Source: Succinatimonas sp. CAG:777 (GTDB lineage: Bacteria > Bacillota > Clostridia > Lachnospirales > Lachnospiraceae). From it: a stretch of 64,000 nt of DNA. The notes below the pieces were generated by a model, which was given only the letters and a program-made list of their open reading frames with translations, searched no databases and had not been told where the DNA came from. Below are positions 28,276-38,660 of the stretch, piece by piece. The position numbers were made by a program, and so were the translations under genes. Location of the stretch: the NCBI GenBank assembly GCA_963650995.1, contig CAVJMS010000004.1, forward strand, positions 20,485-84,484, given 5' to 3'. How positions within the stretch are numbered: position 1 is the stretch's first letter; every line of letters starts with the position of its first letter.

Positions 28276-29571
28276 ATGAAATTGATTCATTGCGCGGATC
28301 TTCATCTGGACAGCCGGATGAGCACGCATCTTTCGGAGGAAATGGCCCGGGAACGTCGGCAGGAGCTCGTCGGTACCTGGCTTCGGCTCCTCGAGTATGC
28401 CGTGCAGCATCAGGTCGAGGCGATTCTGATTGCAGGCGACCTTTTTGATACGCCGGTGGTCAGCAGGACGACCGGCCATGCGGTGCTGGAGAGTATAGCC
28501 GCGCATCCGGACATCACGTTTTTTTATCTCAAGGGAAATCATGATACGGACTCCTTTCTGAACCAGGCGGATACGAAGCCGGCGAATCTCTGCACTTTTC
28601 AGGATACCTGGCGTCAGTACCGGCTCCGGGACCATATTGTGATCGCCGGCCGGGAGTTCGGAAGCTCCGGCGTACTGAACGCGATGGCCGCCGGGAATCT
28701 CAGACTGCAGGAGGAGGATATCAATCTCGTTCTTCTGCATGGGCAGGTCAATGCTTCCCGCGCGGCGGAGGAGGCCTCCGCGGAGCAGATCCACCTGCCG
28801 GCCTATGCGCATCAGGGCATCGATTATCTGGCACTCGGACATGTGCATCAGTATCAGGAGGGCATGCTGGACGGCCGCGGCATCTGGTGCTATCCCGGCT
28901 GTCTGGAGGGCCGCGGCTTCGATGAATGCACGCGGCACGGCTTCGTTCTCCTGGATATTGATGAACAGGCGCATCAGATCCGGCGGCAGCTCGTGGACAT
29001 CAGCGCCCGCCATCTGTGGACGATCCGCCTCGATGTCAGCGGAAGCACAAGCTCCATGGCAGCCCTCCCGCGTATTCGGGCGGCCCTGTCGCTGCTCAGC
29101 GGCATGCCGACGGCTGACAGCGGCGTAGCCGGGCTCAGTGACGAAGAGGTGCAGGCCATTCTGTCCGCCGGGGCCGGCGTCCGCATGCGCCCGCAGGATC
29201 TCGTGAAGCTGGTGCTGAGCGGTGAGCTTTCCATGGAAGCGGAGTTTAATGCAGACTTTCTGGAGACGCAGCTTTCCCCAATGTTTTATTATCTCCGGAC
29301 CGTGGATGAAACCCATCGCCGGGCGGACCCGCAGGCCTATCGCTTTGATAAGTCGCTGAAGGGTGCGTTTGTGCGTTCACTGGAGCAGGATGAGACGCTG
29401 GATGAAGACATGAGGGCCCGGGTCATGGAGGCCGGGCTTCGGCTTCTCCGGGGCGAGTCCATCGAAGGCTGCCGGTGCGGAACCGGTTCCGGCGATATGG
29501 CACGCCATGACGCAGCATTCGCCGCCGGCGATGGCAGAAGGATTGTACAGAATGAAATTAATCAGCTGTAA
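28276..29571 (+). CDS. SbcD/Mre11-like metallophosphoesterase (YhaO-like)
   Basis: CADLHLD, AGDLFD, GNHD, LHG, LALGHVH, YPGCLEGRGFDE. Confidence 0.9.
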   Translation: MKLIHCADLHLDSRMSTHLSEEMARERRQELVGTWLRLLEYAVQHQVEAILIAGDLFDTPVVSRTTGHAVLESIAAHPDITFFYLKGNHDTDSFLNQADTKPANLCTFQDTWRQYRLRDHIVIAGREFGSSGVLNAMAAGNLRLQEEDINLVLLHGQVNASRAAEEASAEQIHLPAYAHQGIDYLALGHVHQYQEGMLDGRGIWCYPGCLEGRGFDECTRHGFVLLDIDEQAHQIRRQLVDISARHLWTIRLDVSGSTSSMAALPRIRAALSLLSGMPTADSGVAGLSDEEVQAILSAGAGVRMRPQDLVKLVLSGELSMEAEFNADFLETQLSPMFYYLRTVDETHRRADPQAYRFDKSLKGAFVRSLEQDETLDEDMRARVMEAGLRLLRGESIEGCRCGTGSGDMARHDAAFAAGDGRRIVQNEINQL

Positions 29572-31762
29572 AATAGAAAATTTCGGAAAGCTTCAGAATA
29601 CGGAATTCACCTTTCAGGACGGGCTCAATGTCATCTTCCGGGAAAACGGCTTCGGCAAGTCGACGCTGGCGGCCTTTCTGCGCATTATGTTTTACGGACT
29701 GTCCGGTGAGCGGAAGAGCCAGGATAATGAGAATGAGCGGAAAAGGTACCGCCCGTGGCAGGGCGGTGCCTTCGGCGGAACCGTGATCTTTCAGCTGGAG
29801 AACGGCCGAAGCTATCGCCTGAGCCGGAGCTTCGGCGAACGGAAAAGCCAGGATCAGTTCCGTCTGTATGATGCGGAGACGAATCTTCCGTCACAGGATT
29901 TTACGGAGGAGATCGGAGAGGAGCTGTTTCAGATTGATGAGCTTTCCTTCCGCCGCACCTGCTTCATCGGACAGCAGGCGCTCGAAACCGGCGTAACCTC
30001 GGAGATCAATGCACGCATCGGCAATGTCTCCGAGGATCCGGAGGACATGAAGCGCTATGCAGAGGTGATGGAGAAGCTGAAGGACGAGTTAAATGCGCTC
30101 TCGCCGAATCGCCGGACCGGTGCGATTTTCAGAAAGCGTCTGGAGCTGGAGAGCCTGCAGACGGACTGCCGGGGCCGGGAGGCTCTGGAGCAGCAGGCGC
30201 TTTCGGAGGATGATGCCGAGTACAGGCTGCGGGAGACGCGGCAGCATCTGCGGGAGCAGCTCGAGCATACGGGTCAGCGTCTGCAGAACGAGAGCATGCA
30301 GCAGGATGCACGGGAGCAGCACCGAAGCTACCTGTACCTGTGTGAACGGCTTGAGGAGGAAAAAAAACGTTACCAGGAGCAGGAGCGGCGCTTTTTCGGT
30401 GCGGACTTCGACCGTCTGCCGGCTTCGGAACGGCTGCAGCGGCTGCAGCAGGCGCAGCGCCGTCTGCAGGAGGTCTTCCGGAACGGGCTTCCGACCGAGG
30501 CGGAGCTTCGGGAAGCAGCGGCACAGCTGTCACGCCTGGATGCACTTCGGGAGGGCGAGCGGCATACGCGGAGGAAGCCGGAGACGCCGAAAAATAAAAC
30601 CGCGTCCGGCACGGCGCGTATTCTCCGTCTGTGCGGGCTGCTGCTTCTTACAGCAGCGCTGCTTTCCTTCATGCTGTCGATTCCGCGGGGCCTTTGTGCC
30701 GGGCTGTTCGGTTTCGGCGCTGTCCTTCTGGTGCTTTCTGTTTTTCTGCATGCCGGCAGAGCGTCTTCCGGAGGTGCTGCGGGAGAGCCGGAGGCAGCAG
30801 CAAAAAGCGGAGCTGCTGAGCGGGCCGCCCTTCTGCGGGCACTCGACAGCTTCCTGCAGCGCTTCTATCCGGATCTTCGGTGCGGAGGAGCGAAGACCGC
30901 CGATGCCGCGCGCCCGGGACGGCTGACGCTTCTTCGGCAGCTGGAGCAGGATGTACTTTCATATCGTCACCTGGAGGATCTTCGTACGGCGGCCGAAGCG
31001 CTTTCGAAGCGGCAGCAGGCCGTGGAGGCCTTTAAACAGACGTATGATCCGGCGGCACAGCCGTCCTCTGCCGGACAAGGAGAAACAATTGTTTCGTTGA
31101 CAACGAAGCTGAACAGCCTTCGTACGCAGCTTGAAGAGACGGAAGAAAAGCTGCAGCTGCTTTCTGGGCAGCGGAAGCAGCACGAAGCGCAGCTTTCGGA
31201 GCTGTATGAAAAGGAGCGGCGTCTGGCGGCCGGACAGGAGGAGCTTTCAGAGCTGGAGGAGCGAAGCCGGCTGCTGACCCTGGTGCGGGATCACCTCGTC
31301 CGGGCCCGGAATGATTTTTCAAAGCAGTACATGGATCCGCTGATGCGTTCGTTTTCATACTACTATCGTATGCTCTGCAGCAAAGAGGCGGCGTATATAA
31401 AGCCGGAGGAACGAACGGCGGCGCTTCCTTCACTGCCGGAAGAGAACACGGCCGTGAAAGATCCGGAGCTGCCGTTTTTAATGGATGCGGATTTCAACCT
31501 GCAGCTTACGGAAAACGGACGGGAGCACAGTCCGGAGCTTCTTTCGGCCGGCTTTCGGAATCTTGTGGCGCTGGCGCGGCGCATGGCTTTTGTGGATGCC
31601 ATGTATGAGAAAGAGCGGCCGTTTCTGATTCTCGATGATCCCTTTGTGAATCTCGATGCGGACCATCTGGAGGGCGGACTTCGTTTTCTTCAGGACATCG
31701 CGGAACATGGTCAGGTGATTTATTTTACCTGTGTGCAGAGCCGGGCGGGTATTTCGTCATAA
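29552..31762 (+). CDS. Rad50/SbcC-like ATPase (YhaN-like) with central TM segments
   Basis: IENFGK, Walker A ENGFGKST, coiled coils, LSAG signature, LILDDPFVNLD Walker B. Confidence 0.85.
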   Translation: MKLISCKIENFGKLQNTEFTFQDGLNVIFRENGFGKSTLAAFLRIMFYGLSGERKSQDNENERKRYRPWQGGAFGGTVIFQLENGRSYRLSRSFGERKSQDQFRLYDAETNLPSQDFTEEIGEELFQIDELSFRRTCFIGQQALETGVTSEINARIGNVSEDPEDMKRYAEVMEKLKDELNALSPNRRTGAIFRKRLELESLQTDCRGREALEQQALSEDDAEYRLRETRQHLREQLEHTGQRLQNESMQQDAREQHRSYLYLCERLEEEKKRYQEQERRFFGADFDRLPASERLQRLQQAQRRLQEVFRNGLPTEAELREAAAQLSRLDALREGERHTRRKPETPKNKTASGTARILRLCGLLLLTAALLSFMLSIPRGLCAGLFGFGAVLLVLSVFLHAGRASSGGAAGEPEAAAKSGAAERAALLRALDSFLQRFYPDLRCGGAKTADAARPGRLTLLRQLEQDVLSYRHLEDLRTAAEALSKRQQAVEAFKQTYDPAAQPSSAGQGETIVSLTTKLNSLRTQLEETEEKLQLLSGQRKQHEAQLSELYEKERRLAAGQEELSELEERSRLLTLVRDHLVRARNDFSKQYMDPLMRSFSYYYRMLCSKEAAYIKPEERTAALPSLPEENTAVKDPELPFLMDADFNLQLTENGREHSPELLSAGFRNLVALARRMAFVDAMYEKERPFLILDDPFVNLDADHLEGGLRFLQDIAEHGQVIYFTCVQSRAGISS

Positions 31763-31797
31763 AAAAACGGACAGGGCAGCGCCCTGTCCGTTTTTTT
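31761..31797. terminator. Bidirectional terminator
   Basis: A7-CGGACAGGGC/GCCCTGTCCG-T7. Confidence 0.88.
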
Positions 31798-32503
31798 AAT
31801 GTCGATGTGTCTTCGGCGCATTTTCGCTTTCGGATTCGCCGCTCAGATTCTGCGAGACGGTGATCTCCTGATTGTCGATATGCTCCTTCATCAGTGTCTT
31901 CGCGCGGATGATGTTCCGGATCTGGATGGCCTGCAGGATTTCCTCATGCTCCCGGATCAGGGTGCCGCGCTTTGCCTCGTCCTTGATGTATTCCAGACGA
32001 TAACGGTACATCTGTTCGCGGAGATTGTTGATCATCTGTACCAGCTTTTCATTGCCGGAGGCCTTGTAGATGATGTCATGGTAGGCTTCATCCGCTTCTG
32101 CAATTTCGATCTCACTGCCGCCGTCGGCGACCACCTGCTTAAAATGGTCCTCTGCCGCACTCAGCTCCTTCAGTTCCTCATCACTGATGCGCTGGCAGGC
32201 CAGGTCCGTCGCCAGCTCCTCCAGTGCACCCCGGACCTCCAGTGTATCCTGCAGGTTCTTGTGGGAAATCTGTGCGACTTCGGCGCCGCGCCGCGGAATC
32301 ATCAGCACCAGTCCCTCGAGCTCCAGCTTCCGGATGGCCTCCCGGATCGGCGTACGGGATACGCCCAGCTTTTCCGCCAGCTGAATTTCCATCAGCCGCT
32401 CACCCGGCTTCAGTTCGCCCTTCAGAATGGCCTGGCGAAGCGTATTGAACACCAGATCCCGTAAAGGGAGATATTCGTTCATATTTACTGTAAAATCATT
32501 CAT
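31796..32503 (-). CDS. GntR (FCD) family transcriptional regulator
   Basis: LKPGERLMEIQLAEKLGVSRTPIREA HTH; FCD domain. Confidence 0.93.
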   Translation of the reverse strand: MNDFTVNMNEYLPLRDLVFNTLRQAILKGELKPGERLMEIQLAEKLGVSRTPIREAIRKLELEGLVLMIPRRGAEVAQISHKNLQDTLEVRGALEELATDLACQRISDEELKELSAAEDHFKQVVADGGSEIEIAEADEAYHDIIYKASGNEKLVQMINNLREQMYRYRLEYIKDEAKRGTLIREHEEILQAIQIRNIIRAKTLMKEHIDNQEITVSQNLSGESESENAPKTHRH

Positions 32504-32535
32504 TCCTTGCTTTTCCTCCGTGGAAGCGGTTTCGT

Positions 32536-33438
32536 TCAGTGCTGCGATGCACCCCGGTGTAGGTGCCAGGGTTCCGTGAGATAGACCTGCTTCGTGAGGC
32601 CCCGGTTTTTCGGCGCCTGCAGAAGCTGACAGCAGCGCCGTGCCTTTTCTCTGTCATCAAAGATGCCGAAAACGGTCGGTCCGGAGCCGGACATCATGGC
32701 ATTCAGCGCGCCCTGCTCCAGCATAAACGCCTTGATTCTTTCGATCTCCGGATGCTCCCGGACGGTTACGGTCTCGAGAATATTGCCCATATGCTCTGCA
32801 GTGGCATAAAGATCTCCGGCACGCAGAGAGGAAATCACTTCATCCACATTCGGATGCGCTGCAGCCGGCAGCGTATTGACATGAAGCCCTTCATATACGG
32901 CCTTGGTGGACACGGAAACCGGCGGCTTCGCCAGTACGATCGCACAGTGCGGAAGGGACGGAAGCGGCGAGAGCTGCTCTCCGATGCCCTCCGAAAGCGC
33001 CGTGCCGCGCATCAGACAGAAGGGGATATCTGCACCGAGCTGTACGCCGCGCTTCTGAAGCTCCGGAAGACTGAGCCCGAGCTGAAACAGACGATTCATG
33101 CCGTAGAGCACCGCGGCGGCGTCTGAGGATCCGCCGGCCATGCCGGCCGCCACTGGAATCACCTTTTTCAGGGTCATGCGGACGCCCTGCCGAAGCTGAA
33201 ATTCATCGCTCAGCAGTTTTGCGGCCCGCCACATAAGATTTTTCTCATTGACCGGAAGAAAGGACAGATTCGTTTTCAGCTGAATGCCGGGCTCTGCGGT
33301 GCGCTCGATATCAATATTGTCATGAAGCTTTACGGTCTGCATGATCATGCGGACATCGTGGTATCCGTCCGGCCGCTGTCTCAATACATCAAGAGACAGA
33401 TTGATTTTTCCGTATGCCTGCAGCTTGATCTGATTCAT
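32536..33438 (-). CDS. ispE: 4-diphosphocytidyl-2-C-methyl-D-erythritol kinase
   Basis: GKINLSLDV, PVAAGMAGGSSDAA, GADIPF, MSGSGPTVF. Confidence 0.96.
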   Translation of the reverse strand: MNQIKLQAYGKINLSLDVLRQRPDGYHDVRMIMQTVKLHDNIDIERTAEPGIQLKTNLSFLPVNEKNLMWRAAKLLSDEFQLRQGVRMTLKKVIPVAAGMAGGSSDAAAVLYGMNRLFQLGLSLPELQKRGVQLGADIPFCLMRGTALSEGIGEQLSPLPSLPHCAIVLAKPPVSVSTKAVYEGLHVNTLPAAAHPNVDEVISSLRAGDLYATAEHMGNILETVTVREHPEIERIKAFMLEQGALNAMMSGSGPTVFGIFDDREKARRCCQLLQAPKNRGLTKQVYLTEPWHLHRGASQH

Positions 33439-33525
33439 GTGATCCCCCGTGGTCTTTGTATACATTGCACTTATTTTAGAACATTGACGCGCGTAAAGCA
33501 AGACGTCTGCCGAACTTGTTGCGGA

Positions 33526-33603
33526 TTGACAATGCAGCAGCTGTTTATTATACTTTAAAAACGAAGGTGACAACATGTCACTAATAATGACATACTGTCA
33601 TTA
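33526..33603 (+). promoter_or_regulatory. Promoter and tandem TetR operators
   Basis: TTGACA-17-TATACT, then two TGACA-N3-TGTCA palindromes (33568-33580, 33588-33600). Confidence 0.8.
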
Positions 33604-33629
33604 GAAAGAAACAAAGGAAAGGAGCATGC

Positions 33630-34271
33630 ATGGCAACGGAAAGATTCATGAAGCTTTCCCAGGACAAGAAGGACCGGATTCTGGATGCGGCAGTGCAGGA
33701 ATTTGCACGGGTGCCGTTTGAGGATGCGTCGATTAATCAAATCATCAAGGCAGCAGGCATCTCGCGCGGCAGCTTTTATACGTATTTTGAGGACAAACGG
33801 GATCTTCTCTACTACATTTTTCAGAATATGAATGAGCGGCATGAGCAGTGCTTCAAGGAGCTGCTGCTTCGGAAGCAGGGCGATTTCTGGGAGGCGCTGC
33901 ATACATGGGTGACATCGATTTCGGAGCAGATCCAGTCCGGGTGTCTTCAGCTGGAGATCAGCCTGATGACGCAGCAGGGCATGATGCATCGGATGATGGA
34001 GTTTGCAGAAAGTGAGGGCATCGATTCCCTGAAGGAACAGAAATTCGAGTGGCTCTGCAGCCGGGTCTGTAAGGACTGCATCAAAGGCGGTGAGGACGCG
34101 GAAACCTTCATTGCAGTCATACGGCTCGGCTTTACCGTAGCCATGATGACACTGATGGCGCTGATCGGACATAGGAGCATGGCCCGGGAGCAGATTCTTC
34201 GGAACTTTGAGATTTCACTGGAGGTTCTTCGCGCAGGTGCGGATCCGCGGGCGGCGAAGAATATCAATTAG
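33630..34271 (+). CDS. TetR/AcrR family regulator
   Basis: ASINQIIKAAGISRGSFYTYFEDK HTH. Confidence 0.92.
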   Translation: MATERFMKLSQDKKDRILDAAVQEFARVPFEDASINQIIKAAGISRGSFYTYFEDKRDLLYYIFQNMNERHEQCFKELLLRKQGDFWEALHTWVTSISEQIQSGCLQLEISLMTQQGMMHRMMEFAESEGIDSLKEQKFEWLCSRVCKDCIKGGEDAETFIAVIRLGFTVAMMTLMALIGHRSMAREQILRNFEISLEVLRAGADPRAAKNIN

Positions 34272-34292
34272 GAAAGCAGGAGAGCATTTATT

Positions 34293-35438
34293 ATGAAAAA
34301 ACAGGTAAAGATCATTCTCGGGGCGGCTGCGGCGGCGGTCCTCGTCGGACTTGTGGCAGCCCGCATGATGAAGCCGCAGGAGGAAATACAGACCAAGGGC
34401 CTGCCGGCGGTTTCGGTGACGGCGGCTTCCCGCGGCGATGTTTCGGAGCGCACGTCCCTCATGGGCACCATTCAGCCGTCCGATACCTATTATGTGACGC
34501 CGAAGGCGGCCGGGGAGCTCGTCGAAATTTATGTGACGGACGGTGAGACGGTGCATGCCGGCGATCCGATTGCAAAAATCGATAATCAGAAGCAGATCGA
34601 TGCGGCGAAGGCGACGCTGGATGCGGCCAATGCTTCCGCCCAATCCGCACGTCAGCAGGCGGATACGGCGCAGGATGCGCTGGATCGCATGACACCGCTC
34701 TATGAGGCCGGCGATATTGCCGCGCAGACCTATCAGCAGACCCTGCATTCGGCCAATGCCGCACAGGCGCAGGTCACGGCAGCCGAGGCACAGGTCGACA
34801 GCGCGCAGCTGAACTATGATACGCAGTGTGAATATGCGACCGTGACCGCACCGGCCGACGGCATTGTCCAGAGCTGCAGCATGACAGAACATGCGATGGT
34901 TTCCCAGTCCTCCCAGCTCTGTGTCATCACAGGCACGGGCGCGAAGCTTGTGAAGTTTAATGTCACGGAAGAGATGCTGAAAAATCTTCACCTTGGGCAG
35001 ACCGTGACGGTGGAAAAGAACGGCAGCAGCTATGAGGGCATCCTTACGAGGCTCAGCCAGCTGGCCAATGCGCAGACCGGACTGTTTCCGGTGGAGGCCG
35101 CACTGAGCGGGGCGGATGCATTGGCAGACGGTACCAGCGCGAAGCTTTCCCTGGTATCCGCGCATTCTGAAAATGCACTGCTGGTTCCGGTGGACTGCGT
35201 CTATTACTCCGGCGGAAATCCGTATGTATATACCTATCAGGACGGCTGTGCGAAGCGAACCTACATTGAGACCGGCCTTTCCGATGATGAGAATTATGAG
35301 GTGACGGACGGTCTGGACGGTACGGAGCAGATTGTCAGCAGCTGGACGGAGGATATCTATGACGGTGCAGAGGTGCGCCTTCTGAATGAGGACGGATCGC
35401 TGCAGGGAGACACCGCAGCGTCCGGTGCCGCAGAGTGA
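34293..35438 (+). CDS. RND efflux membrane-fusion/adaptor subunit
   Basis: N-terminal TM, lipoyl half-motifs, helical hairpin, VTAPADG. Confidence 0.9.
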   Translation: MKKQVKIILGAAAAAVLVGLVAARMMKPQEEIQTKGLPAVSVTAASRGDVSERTSLMGTIQPSDTYYVTPKAAGELVEIYVTDGETVHAGDPIAKIDNQKQIDAAKATLDAANASAQSARQQADTAQDALDRMTPLYEAGDIAAQTYQQTLHSANAAQAQVTAAEAQVDSAQLNYDTQCEYATVTAPADGIVQSCSMTEHAMVSQSSQLCVITGTGAKLVKFNVTEEMLKNLHLGQTVTVEKNGSSYEGILTRLSQLANAQTGLFPVEAALSGADALADGTSAKLSLVSAHSENALLVPVDCVYYSGGNPYVYTYQDGCAKRTYIETGLSDDENYEVTDGLDGTEQIVSSWTEDIYDGAEVRLLNEDGSLQGDTAASGAAE

Positions 35439-35455
35439 TCCGCAGGAGATGAAAC

Positions 35456-38400
35456 ATGCATAAAATAACCGAATTTGTTATAAAACGGCCGGTGACCACG
35501 CTTCTTGTGGTGATCAGTCTCATTTTTTTCGGATTCATGTCCATTGCAAACCAGAAGATGGAGCTGATGTCCGATATTGATATGCCGATGATGATCATTA
35601 CGACCACCTACGGCGGAGCCTCACCGGAGGACGTCGACAAGCTGATTACGAAGCCCATTGAGGACGGTGTTGCCGTGCTTTCCAATGTGAAGGAAATCAC
35701 CTCGCGCTCCGCCGAAAACTACGGCATCACCATCGTGCAGTATGAGTACGGCACCAATATGGATGAGGCCTATGATGCGCTGAAAAAGAAGATCGACGCC
35801 ATCAAGAGCGATCTGCCGGACGGCGCCGATGACCCGACCTTCCTGGAGATGAATATGAACGAGCAGGCCTCCATGTACCTGTCCGTTCAGAATCCGTCGC
35901 AGGAGAATATGTACAACTATGTAGAAAACGACATAGTGCCGGAGCTCAACAAGCTGAGCGCGGTGGCTTCTGTGGATACGTCCGGCGGACAGAAGCAGTA
36001 CGTGCAGATTCAGCTGATCCCGGAGAAGCTGCAGCAGTACCACCTGTCGATGTCGACGGTGGCACAGATTGTGACGGCGGCGGACTTCAGCTATCCGGCC
36101 GGCACCACCGGCGTCGGTTCCCAGGAGCTTTCTGTCACGACCTCGGTGGAATATTCGGACGTACAGTCCCTGAAGAACATTCCGATTGTGACCGGAAACG
36201 GCAGCACGATTTATCTGAAGGATATCGCACTGGTGCAGATGGCAAAGGAGGATGCGTCGGCGATCGGCCGCTATAACGGTCACGATACCATGATGCTGAG
36301 CATCACGAAAACCCAGGACGCATCGGCCGTTTCCATGTCGAAGGCTGTTATGGCCGAGATGGAGGAGCTGCAGGCGAAGGATTCGAACCTGGAGGTCGTG
36401 GTCATCGAGGACCAGGCCGATATGATCAAGAGTTCGCTGAGCTCCGTATTTGAAACCATGATCATGGCGGTCATCATTTCCATGATTATTATCTTCATTT
36501 TCTTCGGAGACTGGAAGGCATCGCTCATCGTCGGCACCTCCATTCCGATTTCGATCCTGACGGCACTGGTGGCCATGTGGGCCGTAGGATATTCGCTGAA
36601 CATGATCACGATGTCGGCCCTGGTGCTGGGCGTCGGCATGATGGTGGACAACTCCATCGTTGTATTGGAGGCCTGCTTCCGTGCGCTGGATCAGTATGTG
36701 GCCGTGGGCGTGAAGACCCGGCGCTCGGCGGCTGTTGAAGCCGTACGGACGGTCGGTGAGTCGGTGCTGGGATCGACGATCACCACCTGCGTGGTTTTCC
36801 TGCCGCTCGGCTTCCTGCAGGGCCTGTCCGGTCAGTTCTTTGCGCCGCTCGGATTTACAATTGTATTCTGTATGCTGGCATCGCTTCTGTCGGCGGTTTC
36901 CATTGTTCCCCTCTGCTTTGTATTCTATAAGCCGAAGGAAAATGAGAAGGCGCCGGCCTACAAGGGCGTCCGCATGCTGCAGAACGGCTACCGGAAAATC
37001 ACGGAGAAGCTTCTCGATCATAAGGCGGCGGTGATGCTTACCTCACTGGCACTTCTGGTGCTGGCCCTCTTCCTGGCGACGCAGGTCAGGACAGAGCTGA
37101 TGCCGCAGACGGATGAAGGTCAGATCAATATTACGGTTTCCACGCGCCCGGGTCTGAAGCTTGAATCGGTGGATGAGATTCTGCAGAAGATCGAGGCCAT
37201 GGTGGCGGCTGATCCGGATACGGAAAACTACATGGTAAGCTCCGGCGGCTCCGGCATTCAGTCCATGATGAGCTCCGGCGGCTCCACGGTGACCGCTTAT
37301 CTTCGTTCTGACCGCAGCATGTCCACCAAGGACAAGGCGAGCGCATGGCGGAAGGAGCTCGATGCCGTGAAGGATGCGGTGGTGACGGTAGAGTCCTACA
37401 GCTCCATGTCCTCCATGTCTTCCAGCTCGGATACCTATTCAAGCTATATTACGGCCACCGGCTACAGCGATCTCAAGGAAGCCTCCGAAAAGATCGTTTC
37501 CGAGCTGCAGCAGCGGCCGGAGGTGACGGCGGTGCATTCCTCGATGGAAAATGCGGCACCGCTCATCAAGTTCCGTGTGGATCCGATCAAGGCGGCGGCA
37601 GAGGGGCTGACGCCGGTACAGGTCGGGCAGCAGCTCTACAGCATGCTTTCCGGTACGACGGCCATGACCATGCAGGTGGACGATGAGGATGTGGATGTCA
37701 AGGTAGAGTATCCGAAGGATGAGTACGATAACCTGGAGAAGGTGGAGGCCATCTTCCTGACAACGCCGTCGGGCGCGCAGGTGCAGCTCAAGGATATCTG
37801 CGATATCAGCTTCGAGGATTCGCCGGCCACGATCGTACGGGATGACCGGAAGTACCGCGCAACGATTACGGCCGATTATACGGATGCGGCGAATGCGCAT
37901 ACCGCGGATACCCTGGAAAAAGAGGTGCTCAGCAAATATCTGGTCAACGGTGTCGAAGCCGCGGAGAGCTCCAATGCTAAAATGATGGCCGAGGAGTTTG
38001 GCTCATTGGGCACCGCCATCGTGATTGCGATTTTCCTGATCTGGGTAGTGATGGCAGCACAGTTTGAATCCATGCGCTTCTCCTTCATGGTCATGACGAC
38101 CCTGCCGTTCTCCCTCATCGGCTCCTTCTTCCTGCTCTGGATCATGGATGCCACCATTTCCATGCCGTCGCTGCTCGGATTTCTGATGCTCATCGGTACG
38201 GTGGTAAATAACGGTATTCTTTATGTGGATACCGTCAATCAGTACCGCATGGCGATGCCGCTTCGGCGCGCACTGGTGGAGGCCGGTGCCACCCGTCTCC
38301 GTCCGATTCTTATGACGACGCTGACGACGGTCATCTCCATGGTGCCGATGGCAGCGGCCTTTGGTGAAAACGGCCAGATGATGCAGGGTCTTGCACTGGT

Positions 38401-38647
38401 GGATGTGGGCGGTCTTACAGCCTCTACGATCCTTGCACTTCTGATGCTGCCGATTTACTATTCGGTGATGGATCGGAAAAAGAAAAACGTTGACCTGGAT
38501 GTGCCGGAGGCCGGCTACATGGAGGGCAGAAACCCAGCGGAATATTATCAGCAGAAGGCGGCAGCCGAGTGGGAGCGTTACGGCACGGTGGACGATGACC
38601 CGACCCCGGCGGAGCGCTCGGATATGTCGGAAGGATTTCCGGACTAA
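35456..38647 (+). CDS. RND efflux permease (AcrB/SwrC family)
   Basis: 1063 aa; KRPVTT, GASPEDV, GMMVDNSIVV, RLRPILMTT. Confidence 0.95.
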   Translation: MHKITEFVIKRPVTTLLVVISLIFFGFMSIANQKMELMSDIDMPMMIITTTYGGASPEDVDKLITKPIEDGVAVLSNVKEITSRSAENYGITIVQYEYGTNMDEAYDALKKKIDAIKSDLPDGADDPTFLEMNMNEQASMYLSVQNPSQENMYNYVENDIVPELNKLSAVASVDTSGGQKQYVQIQLIPEKLQQYHLSMSTVAQIVTAADFSYPAGTTGVGSQELSVTTSVEYSDVQSLKNIPIVTGNGSTIYLKDIALVQMAKEDASAIGRYNGHDTMMLSITKTQDASAVSMSKAVMAEMEELQAKDSNLEVVVIEDQADMIKSSLSSVFETMIMAVIISMIIIFIFFGDWKASLIVGTSIPISILTALVAMWAVGYSLNMITMSALVLGVGMMVDNSIVVLEACFRALDQYVAVGVKTRRSAAVEAVRTVGESVLGSTITTCVVFLPLGFLQGLSGQFFAPLGFTIVFCMLASLLSAVSIVPLCFVFYKPKENEKAPAYKGVRMLQNGYRKITEKLLDHKAAVMLTSLALLVLALFLATQVRTELMPQTDEGQINITVSTRPGLKLESVDEILQKIEAMVAADPDTENYMVSSGGSGIQSMMSSGGSTVTAYLRSDRSMSTKDKASAWRKELDAVKDAVVTVESYSSMSSMSSSSDTYSSYITATGYSDLKEASEKIVSELQQRPEVTAVHSSMENAAPLIKFRVDPIKAAAEGLTPVQVGQQLYSMLSGTTAMTMQVDDEDVDVKVEYPKDEYDNLEKVEAIFLTTPSGAQVQLKDICDISFEDSPATIVRDDRKYRATITADYTDAANAHTADTLEKEVLSKYLVNGVEAAESSNAKMMAEEFGSLGTAIVIAIFLIWVVMAAQFESMRFSFMVMTTLPFSLIGSFFLLWIMDATISMPSLLGFLMLIGTVVNNGILYVDTVNQYRMAMPLRRALVEAGATRLRPILMTTLTTVISMVPMAAAFGENGQMMQGLALVDVGGLTASTILALLMLPIYYSVMDRKKKNVDLDVPEAGYMEGRNPAEYYQQKAAAEWERYGTVDDDPTPAERSDMSEGFPD

Positions 38648-38660
38648 GGAGAAAAGGCAG

